Positions 50,359 to 60,154 are shown, numbered from the stretch's first letter. The stretch is DNA of 64,000 bases from a bacterium (GCA_016699595.1 CP064982.1:203647-267646), one strand, 5' to 3'. The notes: generated from the sequence alone by a model not told the origin. A program made the numbers and translations.

Positions 50359-50661
50359 TTATTTTTCCTTGCAACGTTGTGTTCCCAACCGCACACCTAA
50401 CCCATCAACTTGTGCGGAATCTACTTCATTAGCTGCTAGTCCATAACTTCCAGGTTTACTGTCTGCCCAGGTTGTAATACCTAAAGCACCGTTGCCTTGC
50501 CTATAGAAAGCAACATTATCACCCCATGGAATACAATTCTCACCTGAAGTAATCTTGCGAGCTTCATTAAAGTACCTTACTTCTCGGATTACAGCTAAAC
50601 CTAATTCTGCACACATAACTATCACAATAACAGAGTTAAATATATTCTTGAACTTTCCCAT
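50359..50661 (-). CDS. small secreted protein (100 aa), GC-rich relative to its neighbours
   Basis: Hydrophobic N-terminus MGKFKNIFNSVIVIVMCAELGLAVI, Gly/Ala-rich mature part, 3 Cys. GC about 45%. Confidence 0.45.
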   Translation of the reverse strand: MGKFKNIFNSVIVIVMCAELGLAVIREVRYFNEARKITSGENCIPWGDNVAFYRQGNGALGITTWADSKPGSYGLAANEVDSAQVDGLGVRLGTQRCKEK

Positions 50662-50724
50662 ATCCTATTATATCACTTCTCTATCATTTGTCAAACATTT
50701 TTTGTTTGTGCTAAAATTTGGCAA

Positions 50725-53277
50725 ATGTCTACACCAAAACTTACAGCAGAACAGCAATATTTAGATCTGAAATCAAAATACCCTGATTGTATCTTATTTT
50801 TTCGTATGGGAGATTTTTACGAAGTTTTTGATAATGATGCTCGTGAAATGAGTAAAGTTTTAGGTTTAACTTTGACAAGTCGAGATAAAGGTGAGAAAAA
50901 ACGACCAATGGCTGGAATTCCACATCACGCGCTGAACCAATATTTAGGAAAAATTGTAAATTTAGGTTACAAAGTTGCAATTGCTGAGCAAATGGAAGAT
51001 GCCAAGTTTGCCAAGGGAATCGTGAAAAGGGAAGTTACAAAAGTTGTAACAGCAGGAACTTTGATTGACGAGAAAAATTTACAAGAACAAGAATCAAACT
51101 TTATTCTAGCTTTGAATTATTCTAAGTATAAAAACAGTATTGTTTGGGGTTTGAGTTATCTTGAACTTTCAACTGGAGAATTCAAACTTATAGAACTTGA
51201 AACTAGTCAAAATTATTTAGCTCAAAATAAACTACCAAGTAAAATAATTGACAAAATTTCAACTTTGCAACCAAGAGAAATATTACTTCCAGAAAAACTG
51301 AAGTACTTCCTTACTCCGATCATCCAAACAAGACTTACTTTGATCGAAGAATTCCAGTTTGACTTTGATATAAGCTATAAAAATATAATCCAACATTTCA
51401 AACTTGCAAATTTAGTTGGATTTGGTATTGAAAATTATAAAATTGCAATTGGTGCAGCTGGAGTTATATTGAATTATGTCAAAACTAGTGAAAAAACTGA
51501 ACTTAGCCATATCACAAAACTAGTTTTTGATAACTTTTCAGAAAATATGAATTTTGACTTTGCAACTATACGAAGTCTGGAACTTATTGAACCTATAAAT
51601 TTATCAAACTTAAATTCAGATAAACCTACTACTTTGCTTGGAGTTTTGGATAAAACTAAAACTCCGATGGGAAAAAGACTGATTCGAAGTTGGGTTTTGA
51701 AACCTTTGACAAATTTAGCTCAAATCCAAAATAGACTTGATAATGTCGAAAACTTTTTGAAACTAGATAATGATAATAAATTAGTTATTTCAAATTCGCT
51801 GGATAATATTTATGATATAGAGCGAATTTGCGGAAGAATTGGACTTCAAACAATTTCACCGAAAGATTTTGTAGCACTAGATGGTTCTATATCTGAAATA
51901 TTAAATTTAATTCAAACTTAAACTAAATTAAATTCTGAAAATAAGCAAGGCGAATTAAAAGAAGGTTTAATATTAAATAAATTAATTAAGTACTTTGATG
52001 AATTAAATATAATTAAAAACAAAATTAGCTCATCCCTACTTTCAAATCCAAGTTTTGAGATAAATCAAGGAAATATTTTTCAAGATAATTATAATTCTGA
52101 AATTGCAGAACTTCGAAATATTTCAACAAATTCAAAAGATTGGATATTAAATTATCAAGCAGAACAAATTACTCAAACACAAATATCAAACTTGAAAGTG
52201 AAGTTTAATTCTGTTTTTGGATATTTCATAGAAGTATCAAATTCGCAAACTTCAAAAGTTCCAGAAAATTATATCCGCAAACAAACTATTGCTGGGGGTG
52301 AAAGATATATAACTTCTGAATTGAAAGACATGGAGCAGAAAATCTTAACTGCAGATGAAAAGTTGATTGGTTTAGAAAAAGAATTATTTCTAAAGTTTAG
52401 AGAAGAATTTATACAACATATTCAAACTTTGCAAAAAGTATCACAAATTATAGCAGAAGTTGATACTTTATTTTCTTTTTCAGAAGTTGCAAAGGAAAAT
52501 AATTACACAAGACCTATATTTACTGAAAAATCGCAAGTACTAGCTATTACTTCAAATCGTCATCCAGTAGTTGAAAAACTAGTTGAAAACTTTACTTCGA
52601 ATGATTTAAATCTGAATAGTCAAAACTCAATGATGATTTTGACAGGTCCAAATATGTCTGGAAAATCCACATATATTCGGCAAGTTGCACTTTTAGCTAT
52701 AATGGCTCAAATTGGAAGTCTTGTTCCTGCTGAAAGTTGTGAGCTAAGTCTAGTTGATAGAGTTTTTACTCGAGTTGGAGCAAGTGATAATTTGTCAAAA
52801 GGTGAATCAACTTTCATGGTTGAAATGAATGAAACTGCAAATATTTTGAATAATGCGACTTCAAATTCACTTTTGATTTTAGATGAAATTGGACGAGGAA
52901 CTTCGACTTTTGATGGAGTTGCTATAGCTTGGTCAGTCATGAAGTATATTTACGAAAATCTGAAGTGCAGAACTTTGTTTGCAACGCACTATCTAGAACT
53001 TACTGAACTTGAGAAAAAGTATGATGGTATTTCAAATTATTCCGTTCAAATTGCTGAAAAAAATGATCAAGTGATTTTTATGCATAAAATAATTCCTGGT
53101 AAAGCGCAGAAATCTTTCGGGGTTCATGTTGCAGAAATTGCAGGAATGCCAAATGAAGTTATAAATAATGCTAAGGAAATTTTGAAATCTTTTGAAGATA
53201 GTCAAAATAAAGTCAAAAAGGTAGTAAATAAAAAAATAAATTCAGAAAAAATTCCTCAAATGGGATTGTTTGAGTAA
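50725..53277 (+). pseudogene. mutS: DNA mismatch repair protein MutS interrupted by one in-frame TAA at 51919-51921
   Basis: Track ORFs 50725..51921 (domain I, GDFYEVFDNDA) and 52192..53277 (ABC ATPase GPNMSGKST...DEIGRGTSTFDG) are in the same frame. The 270-nt gap between them translates without further stops into MutS-like clamp/lever sequence. Confidence 0.8.
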
Positions 53278-53342
53278 AATGATTTCTTTGAAAGTTGCTT
53301 TCCTGTTAGGAAAGCTCCCCGCAGGGGTGATAGGTTAAAAAC

Positions 53343-53762
53343 ATGATTGCAAAAAACAAACATATAATTTATAAACCAAGCATTAAGTTTGCAAGGCAGA
53401 ATAGAAAAATTATGAATAAGTATGAAGTTTTTGTTTGGGTAGCTCTGAAGATTCTGAATAAAAAGTATAGATACGGTTTTAGTAGACAAATTTGTTTTGG
53501 ACCATATATATTAGATTTTTATTCCAAAAAGTTAAAAACAAATATTGAAGTAGATGGTGAAACTCACGAATTTAGGGGTAATGAAGATATAATAAGGGAT
53601 GAATATGTAAAAAGATATGGAATAAAGATAATTAGAATAACAAATTCTGATGTTCTCAAATCATATAGCTTTCTTGATGAATATCTAAATCAAATTATAG
53701 TAAATTCTACTAACCTATCCGTCCCGCAAAGCGAGACACCTTTCCTAAAAGGAAAGGAATAA
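53343..53762 (+). CDS. DUF559 family (Vsr-like PD-(D/E)xK) endonuclease-domain protein, free-standing copy
   Basis: FSRQICFGPYILDFYSKKLKTNIEVDGETHEF...DEYVKRYGIKIIRITNSDV matches the DUF559 core (RQ.pIg.yIvDFy...l.IEvDG..H...D..R...L...G..viRf.n.dv). Bracketed by GC-rich hairpins at 53291-53325 and 53723-53762. Confidence 0.7.
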   Translation: MIAKNKHIIYKPSIKFARQNRKIMNKYEVFVWVALKILNKKYRYGFSRQICFGPYILDFYSKKLKTNIEVDGETHEFRGNEDIIRDEYVKRYGIKIIRITNSDVLKSYSFLDEYLNQIIVNSTNLSVPQSETPFLKGKE

Positions 53763-53767
53763 TTCAC

Positions 53768-54139
53768 CTATTGTCCCAATGCAACATTATTTACACTATC
53801 AACTTTGATACTTACAATTTTCTTGGAGACTTCTAGCTTCATATCACTTGCGAAATTTTGTAGATTTTCAATTGAAGATAAATTATATATCTTTGACTCT
53901 AATTCCTTGTTTTCGAGATTAAGTTTCACTTGCTGAGCTTGTAATTTTGTAATTTCCTCTCCTTTGGTTGCAAAAACAGCAAAAACAGACATTTGCATCA
54001 CTATCATCAAACTAAAAATTGCTATAGCAAGGCGTACGAGTTTGTGTTGGGCAAGTTGCTTTCTCTCGGTTTCTTTCCTTGTTTGTTCCTGAACTTTTCT
54101 TGGAATGAATGTTGTGTTGTGTTGAAAATAAAGTGACAT
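53768..54139 (-). CDS. ftsL: FtsL-like cell-division protein (single TM plus coiled coil)
   Basis: Sits downstream of mraZ-rsmH, has a TM helix LVRLAIAIFSLMIVMQMSVFAVF followed by a coiled coil. ATG at MSLYFQ. Confidence 0.55.
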   Translation of the reverse strand: MSLYFQHNTTFIPRKVQEQTRKETERKQLAQHKLVRLAIAIFSLMIVMQMSVFAVFATKGEEITKLQAQQVKLNLENKELESKIYNLSSIENLQNFASDMKLEVSKKIVSIKVDSVNNVALGQ

Positions 54140-54203
54140 TTTAAACTTTTTTCTTACCAATACTGACTTTTGTCGATCCCTCCCGTGAGGGAGATTATGA
54201 AAC

Positions 54204-55220
54204 TTACTTTTTTATTACGAATCTAAATTTTGCTGATCTTGATCTGTTGTTACTCTCAACTTCAATTTCATTTGGGATTATAGGTTGATCTTTCAGATCG
54301 TTGCCGATCAAACCTTGTTCCTCAAAGGATTTAAAAAAATGCTTTACAATTCTATCTTCACCAGAATGAAAAGTTACTACTTCAAATACTCCAAATTTAC
54401 CTAATACTTCAAATCCAGAACTCAACAATCCTTCTAAATTATCATATTCGCTATTTACAACTATTCTCAACGCTTGAAAAACTTTGCTATGCAAATTAAA
54501 CTTAACTGCATTATTTTTGCCAAAAGCAATATTTATTATTTCAACTAAGCCCCCTACTTTCAGATCCCGGTTGTCTTTAATTCTATCTTTTACCAGCTTA
54601 CAAAATTTGTAACTTCCTTTTAGATCTGCATACTTTTCAAACAGTCTCACTAACTCATCCACACTAGCCATTTTCAAAATATCCAAAGCCTTGACATTGC
54701 TGTTTCTATCTAATCTCATATCAAGTTCTTGATCTAAGTTTTGAAAACTAAATCCTGATTCATTATCAAGTTGATCAGAATTCAAACCTAAATCTGCAAC
54801 CATTCCTCTAATTTTTAAATTATTCAAAATATTATCTAGTTTCAAAAATTCAATAACTTCCTTTATTTTCGCAAAGTTCTCATTAACTAAGATTACTTCT
54901 AAGCCATTATTTAAAACCTTATAAATCAATATTTCAGATCTATTTATTCCGAAATACAATTTATCGACTAACTTAAATCCTTGCTTTTCTAATTCATTTG
55001 CAAAGTTTGAAATCGCACTTTGATCAAGATCAAATGAAATAAGAATATTCCCTAACCCACCCCGAGCTTCACTTACCCTTCCAAGGAGCGGCATTTTTTG
55101 CAATTTGCTAATTATACTTTGTGAATAACCACCTCCACCAAGCGTACAATCAATCCAAATCCCATTTTTTGAAAAATCAAGATTGTCAATTGCTTCTTTG
55201 AGCATTACAGGTATATGCAT
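54204..55220 (-). CDS. rsmH: 16S rRNA (cytosine1402-N4)-methyltransferase RsmH/MraW
   Basis: HIPVMLKEAIDNL...IWIDCTLGGGGYS (compare H.PVLL.E....L....IYVDGTFGRGGHS). Its start overlaps the mraZ TGA in a TGATG junction. Confidence 0.85.
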   Translation of the reverse strand: MHIPVMLKEAIDNLDFSKNGIWIDCTLGGGGYSQSIISKLQKMPLLGRVSEARGGLGNILISFDLDQSAISNFANELEKQGFKLVDKLYFGINRSEILIYKVLNNGLEVILVNENFAKIKEVIEFLKLDNILNNLKIRGMVADLGLNSDQLDNESGFSFQNLDQELDMRLDRNSNVKALDILKMASVDELVRLFEKYADLKGSYKFCKLVKDRIKDNRDLKVGGLVEIINIAFGKNNAVKFNLHSKVFQALRIVVNSEYDNLEGLLSSGFEVLGKFGVFEVVTFHSGEDRIVKHFFKSFEEQGLIGNDLKDQPIIPNEIEVESNNRSRSAKFRFVIKK

Positions 55221-55648
55221 CAGGATTTTATAACTTCAAAAACTTTGTTTGCTATTTCAGTTGAATTCATTTCATTCATTCTTTTACTCCATATTGTTTT
55301 GTCCCAAACTTCGACCCAATCTCCAAGTCCTACGAAATAAACTTCTTTTGTCAGATTTGCATAAGTTTTCAAATTTTCACTAAGCACAAATCTTCTTTGA
55401 CTATCAAGCTCAACTTCTATTGCAGAACCTATCAAAAATCTCCTTACATCTCTTACATCACTATTCAAAAATGGAACCGCTTCAAATTGTGAGATAAGTT
55501 TATTCCAGTTTTTGTCGTTCACTACGATCAAGCAATTATCATAGCCACGGGTCAAGATAAGTTTATTTCCAAGCTCATCGGAAAACTTTTTGGGCATAGC
55601 TATTCTGTTTTTGTCGCCAAGAATAGAATCTTGAGTTCCGATGAGCAT
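55220..55648 (-). CDS. mraZ: transcriptional regulator MraZ
   Basis: Two-repeat MraZ fold: RIAMPKKF...LILTRGYDNCL and RRFVLSENL...VYFVGLGD. Confidence 0.85.
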   Translation of the reverse strand: MLIGTQDSILGDKNRIAMPKKFSDELGNKLILTRGYDNCLIVVNDKNWNKLISQFEAVPFLNSDVRDVRRFLIGSAIEVELDSQRRFVLSENLKTYANLTKEVYFVGLGDWVEVWDKTIWSKRMNEMNSTEIANKVFEVIKS

Positions 55649-55821
55649 CACCACTTATCACCACTGGTAACCATTTTAGTAGTTTCTGAAAATGATGTCA
55701 AGAGAAATAATAGTTTTTTTGAAATTTTATTTTATTTGCAAAATGCAGTTCATTATAGTATAATTACTAAAATATTTTCTTTTTGCTATATGAAATTTAA
55801 TTCATATAGGATTTTTTAAAT

Positions 55822-56202
55822 ATGCTATATAAACGAAATAAAACCAAAAAATATTTTATGCCTGTAAGTGAAATATTTACGGATGGAGTTGATCAGCGAG
55901 AAAAAGAGGCGTTAAATCTCGCTTATACACATTCTGAGTTATTACGTAAGATATCTCAACCAGGAAAGGCATCTGGAAGTTCAATCAGAAATGCTGGGGT
56001 TACGTTAGATTCCTCTTTGATGTATTTACCTGAACACATGCATACTCTGATTAAACATTATTTGAAAGAGAATATTAATGATTTTGAGAAGAACTCGAAT
56101 CTTTCAGACTACCAAAAGCTTGTGACGAATTTGTTTGCGTTAGGTGCACATCTCGAAAAGGGAGACCCAAAAAAGATATACCAATTACCAGAAGGTTTTT
56201 GA
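55822..56202 (+). CDS. hypothetical protein (126 aa)
   Basis: Clean ATG-to-TGA ORF in a strand-switch region with slightly elevated GC. No motif recognised. Confidence 0.35.
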   Translation: MLYKRNKTKKYFMPVSEIFTDGVDQREKEALNLAYTHSELLRKISQPGKASGSSIRNAGVTLDSSLMYLPEHMHTLIKHYLKENINDFEKNSNLSDYQKLVTNLFALGAHLEKGDPKKIYQLPEGF

Positions 56203-56234
56203 TATGCAACAAGGGAGGATAATTTGAGATTTTG

Positions 56235-57848
56235 CTATTGAATTATCCCTCTTCCGAAGCAAACTTCGCCATTGTAGAAAACTGCACTTTGACCTGAAGA
56301 GATTCCACGAACTGGTTCTGCGAAGTTTAGCTCATTATTTTCTAAGTTTAATGTTGCTCGAACAGGTTTTGCTCTATAGCGAACTTCAACTTCAAGATCA
56401 ACCAACCCACCTCGTCCTTCGGACACTCCTCCAATGGAGGAGAATAATTTTGAATTTATGAAATGAAGGTTTTCAAGTTGGCAACTATTTTTATATAACT
56501 TCGGATTATCAGTTCCTTGAACTACATACAAAATATTTTTTTCTAAATTCTTGCTACTTACAAAATATGGTTTTTGATGTGGCGAAATTACTTTGATTTT
56601 ATTCAGACCTTCTCGTTGACCTATAGTATAAAATGCAATCCCATCATGCTCACCTACTTTAAGCCCACTGTCTTCATCTACTATAATTCCAGGTTTATAA
56701 GCGATATTATTCCTCAAAAACTGAGCAACATCAATATCTCCTATAAAACAAATTCCTTGAGAATCTTTCTTTGTTGCAATTGGAAGTTCAAACTCTTCTG
56801 CTAATTTTCGAACTTCACTTTTTTGTAAATGACCAATTGGAAATAGTGTTTTGCTAAGCTGAAATTGATTTAGATCAGACAGAAAATAAGACTGATCTTT
56901 GTTTTGATCCAAACCTTTTAGTAAAAAATATTCAACAGATTTAGATTGATTATTTACATTAGCAAATTCTACAGTTGGGCCTTCCTGATAAGGAGGGTAA
57001 ATTTCGCTTTGCGAAATTTGGGAGGTTAAATAATTTTTAATTTTAGTGCAAACAATTTCAAAATTATACTCTACATCATTACTTTCAAATCTTAAAACAT
57101 TTATTCCTAGACTATTTAAATAATTCGTTCTTACTTTATCATATTCTAAACCTTCAGTAGTAAAGTGTTCTGCACCATCAAGTTCTATTGCAAGATTATA
57201 TTTTGAACAATAAAAATCTACTATGAAATTTCCTATTGGTTTTTGTCTTGTAAATTTATAATTTTCTAGTTTTGATAAGAAGTCATACCAAAGATGATTT
57301 TCAGACCTAGTTGCTCGTTTGTGATGTCTATTTAATTTTGTCAAGTTTGTATTGTAATTAACCCACCGTCCCGCTTCGCTGTCCACCTCCCTTGACAGGG
57401 AGGCCACCAAATTTGGAGTGATATTGTCAGTACTTGACTTTACTCTTGCATAATGTCCTGTTGCGATCATATCAGCGTCTTCCTCTAATGCTCTATTTAG
57501 AAAAGTTCCAAACTTGATTTTACTATTGCAAAGTATATCTGGGTTTGGAGTTCTACCTGCTCTATATTCATCAAAAAAATAATTTACAACTTGTTCTCTA
57601 TATTCTTTTTCAAAGTTATATATCTTCATCTCAATTCCAAGTTTGTCGCAAACTAACTTCACATCTTCTACATCCTTTTCCCATGGACAATCAGTTTGAA
57701 TTCCAAAATCTTCACCTGACCAATTTTTCATGTAAACTCCAACTACATTATCTCCATTTGATTTCAAAAGTGCTGCAACTACTGAAGAATCAACTCCTCC
57801 GGACATTGCAACGAATATTGTTTTTTTGCCGCTGTCTATAACATTCAT
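56235..57848 (-). CDS. mnmA: tRNA-specific 2-thiouridylase MnmA carrying an in-frame ~170-aa insertion that contains a complete DUF559/Vsr-like endonuclease domain
   Basis: PP-loop SGGVDSSV, ATGHYAR, then the insert, then EYFLLKGLDQNKDQSYFL (canonical LRGLD.NKDQSYFL) and GICFIGD. The insert contains FTRQKPIGNFIVDFYCSKYNLAIELDGAEH...GINVLRFESNDV. Confidence 0.85.
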   Translation of the reverse strand: MNVIDSGKKTIFVAMSGGVDSSVVAALLKSNGDNVVGVYMKNWSGEDFGIQTDCPWEKDVEDVKLVCDKLGIEMKIYNFEKEYREQVVNYFFDEYRAGRTPNPDILCNSKIKFGTFLNRALEEDADMIATGHYARVKSSTDNITPNLVASLSREVDSEAGRWVNYNTNLTKLNRHHKRATRSENHLWYDFLSKLENYKFTRQKPIGNFIVDFYCSKYNLAIELDGAEHFTTEGLEYDKVRTNYLNSLGINVLRFESNDVEYNFEIVCTKIKNYLTSQISQSEIYPPYQEGPTVEFANVNNQSKSVEYFLLKGLDQNKDQSYFLSDLNQFQLSKTLFPIGHLQKSEVRKLAEEFELPIATKKDSQGICFIGDIDVAQFLRNNIAYKPGIIVDEDSGLKVGEHDGIAFYTIGQREGLNKIKVISPHQKPYFVSSKNLEKNILYVVQGTDNPKLYKNSCQLENLHFINSKLFSSIGGVSEGRGGLVDLEVEVRYRAKPVRATLNLENNELNFAEPVRGISSGQSAVFYNGEVCFGRGIIQ

Positions 57849-58039
57849 AAGTTTCAATAATTTACACAAAAATTATACCACTTCCATAGGGGTTTAACTT
57901 ATTTTAGATAAAGTTACAATATTTCTCAAAAAATGCTTGACTTATACCTCTTTTTTGGTACAATGACTTTGTCAACCAACAATATTGTCTTTGACTATGT
58001 CATTCGATGATATTGTAGTTGGAAAATCTTTGGTTTTTC

Positions 58040-58225
58040 AACTAGGTTGACATAATTTTTATGATCTAAGTTAGTGACAACTTAGGGAGAAAGTACAAAT
58101 TAAATAATTGAGAAAGATTAGATTATTTATAATCCAAAAGTAAAGTGGCACCGCGAATTACATTTTTAATCTCGCCTTTACAAAGTATTGAAAGTTTCAG
58201 TATTTTGTAAAGGCCTTTTTTTGTT
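58040..58225 (+). promoter_or_regulatory. putative T-box riboswitch-like leader with intrinsic terminator upstream of aspS
   Basis: AAAGTGGCACCGCG at ~58142-58157 matches the T-box consensus GGUGGNACCGCG. It is followed by an 11-bp terminator hairpin GCCTTTACAAA...TTTGTAAAGGC plus a T8 run. Upstream are TTGACA (~58048), a small hairpin whose loop AGUGACA contains a GAC (Asp) triplet, and an AGGGAGAAAG GA-motif-like element. Confidence 0.5.
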
Positions 58226-58267
58226 ATAAAAAATATCACTATAACTTAATTCCAAGTATTCAAAATT

Positions 58268-59647
58268 ATGCAAAGAACACTCACATCACAACTTAAAGAA
58301 AATACAGGTCAAGAAGTCATGCTGCAAGGTTGGCTGCACAATGTACGAGATCTTGGCAAATTTGGTTTTATCATTATTCGAGATAGAGGAGGTCTGGCAC
58401 AATGTGTAGTTGAAGATGCTGAAGAACTGCGTAAACTTGATAACTTATATACAGGCACAATAATTCAAATTGAAGGTAAAGCTATAGAGAATGAGAAATC
58501 AAAGTATGGATATGAAGTTTCAAATTCAAAAGTTACTGTCTTGAATCCAGTTACCTACCCTAGTCCAGTCGATATTTCAAAAGAAGACTTGAATGTAGAA
58601 CTAGATACTGCATTGAATCTTAGATCTATTGTACTTCGACATCCTAAACAGCAAGCTATCTTTCGAGTTCAAGCATCATGTATGAAAGCATTTAGGGAAT
58701 CTATGGAGAGGCAAGGATTTACAGAGTTTGTTTCACCGGTTTTGATAGGAGTGCCATCCGAATCAGGAGCATCAGTCTTTGAAGTTAATTATTTTGGCGA
58801 AAAGGCATACTTAGCACAATCTCCTCAGATCTACAAACAAATTATGACTGGAGTTTTTGAAAGAGTGTTTACTATAGCAAGAGTATTTCGTGCTGAGAAA
58901 CACAATACTAGCAGACATCTTATGGAAATTGTTCAAATGGATGGAGAAATGGGTTTCGTCAATAATTATGATGAAGTCTTGCAAGTCATAGAACAAGTAG
59001 TTCGAGACATCGTCAACTATATTGCAGAGCATAATGTTGCAGATTTGAAAATCCATGGTGTGAATTTACCAAAACTACCTTCTGGCAGATTTCCAAAAGT
59101 GAAAGTTAAAGAAGCGTTGCAAATAATTGAAGAAAGAACTGGCAAATCTGCCAATCGTGAAGAACTTGATTTGGAACCTGAAGATGAAAGGGAAATTGCA
59201 AAGTATATTCTAGAAAAGTTTGACAGTGATTTTGTTTGGCTATTGAACTTCAAAAGGGATAAGAATTTTTATACTTGGAACAATGAAGTTGGAACGGTAG
59301 ATTCAGTTACTGATAAAACAGCTGATCCTGATGAATCACTTTCATTTGATCTCGAATGCAGAGGTTTAGAGTGGTTGTCTGGTACGCATAGAATTCACAA
59401 CTTTGAAAAACTTTATACAAACTTAATTGCACAAGGATTGAAACCTGAACATTATGTTCACTACCTTCAAGCATTCAAATACGGTATGCCTGCGGAAGCT
59501 GGATTTAGTTTTGGTTTAGAACGACTGACCAAGCAAATATTTGAACTTGATAATATCAGAGAAGCTACAAATTTCCCTTGTGATCTAAATCGGGTAGCGG
59601 GATATCCAATGAAGTCAGAAAAGAGTTGGGGAATTGATACAAACTAG
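58268..59647 (+). CDS. aspS: aspartyl-tRNA synthetase, archaeal/eukaryotic-like short form (possibly non-discriminating); AsnRS not excluded
   Basis: Class II motif 2 FRAEKHNTSRHLMEIVQMDGEMGF, motif 3 GFSFGLERL, and an N-terminal OB fold. 459 aa. Confidence 0.75.
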   Translation: MQRTLTSQLKENTGQEVMLQGWLHNVRDLGKFGFIIIRDRGGLAQCVVEDAEELRKLDNLYTGTIIQIEGKAIENEKSKYGYEVSNSKVTVLNPVTYPSPVDISKEDLNVELDTALNLRSIVLRHPKQQAIFRVQASCMKAFRESMERQGFTEFVSPVLIGVPSESGASVFEVNYFGEKAYLAQSPQIYKQIMTGVFERVFTIARVFRAEKHNTSRHLMEIVQMDGEMGFVNNYDEVLQVIEQVVRDIVNYIAEHNVADLKIHGVNLPKLPSGRFPKVKVKEALQIIEERTGKSANREELDLEPEDEREIAKYILEKFDSDFVWLLNFKRDKNFYTWNNEVGTVDSVTDKTADPDESLSFDLECRGLEWLSGTHRIHNFEKLYTNLIAQGLKPEHYVHYLQAFKYGMPAEAGFSFGLERLTKQIFELDNIREATNFPCDLNRVAGYPMKSEKSWGIDTN

Positions 59648-59722
59648 AAGATTTTGAATGAAACTTACATATGTGGTATATAAATACTTGCATATCTAGA
59701 TACGTGTGTTATAATCAAAATT

Positions 59723-60154
59723 ATGAATGACACAAATACAAAAAAACAAATCACTGATGAATTGAAAAAATTCAAAACTTCTTACAAAGATTTACAGGAA
59801 AAAGCGAGGGTAATATTTCCTGACATGAATGCGAAAGAAAGACAATGGTTTGAAAGTTTTCTATACAACCTAAATGTTGAATTTGATAATTTTGCAGATA
59901 ATCTAAACGAAATTTTGGATAGTATCAAAGAAGAAGATAAAAAATTGCCAAATGTCTTCAAAACTCTAAATTCGAGACAATACAAAATCTTGACTTATCT
60001 CAAAAAGTATCCAAATATTGTGAGAAGAGAATATTGTACAATGTTCAACATATCAGCTATGACCGCGTTCCGCGACTTGAAAGATCTAGAACAAAAAGGT
60101 TTGATATTTGGAATGGGTGCTGGAAAAGGAAGAAAGTTTGGTTTGAAGGATTGA
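59723..60154 (+). CDS. putative winged-HTH DNA-binding protein
   Basis: C-terminal LNSRQYKILTYLKKYPNIVRREYCTMFNISAMTAFRDLKDLEQKGLI resembles HTH_24/DeoR-type recognition modules. Confidence 0.45.
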   Translation: MNDTNTKKQITDELKKFKTSYKDLQEKARVIFPDMNAKERQWFESFLYNLNVEFDNFADNLNEILDSIKEEDKKLPNVFKTLNSRQYKILTYLKKYPNIVRREYCTMFNISAMTAFRDLKDLEQKGLIFGMGAGKGRKFGLKD

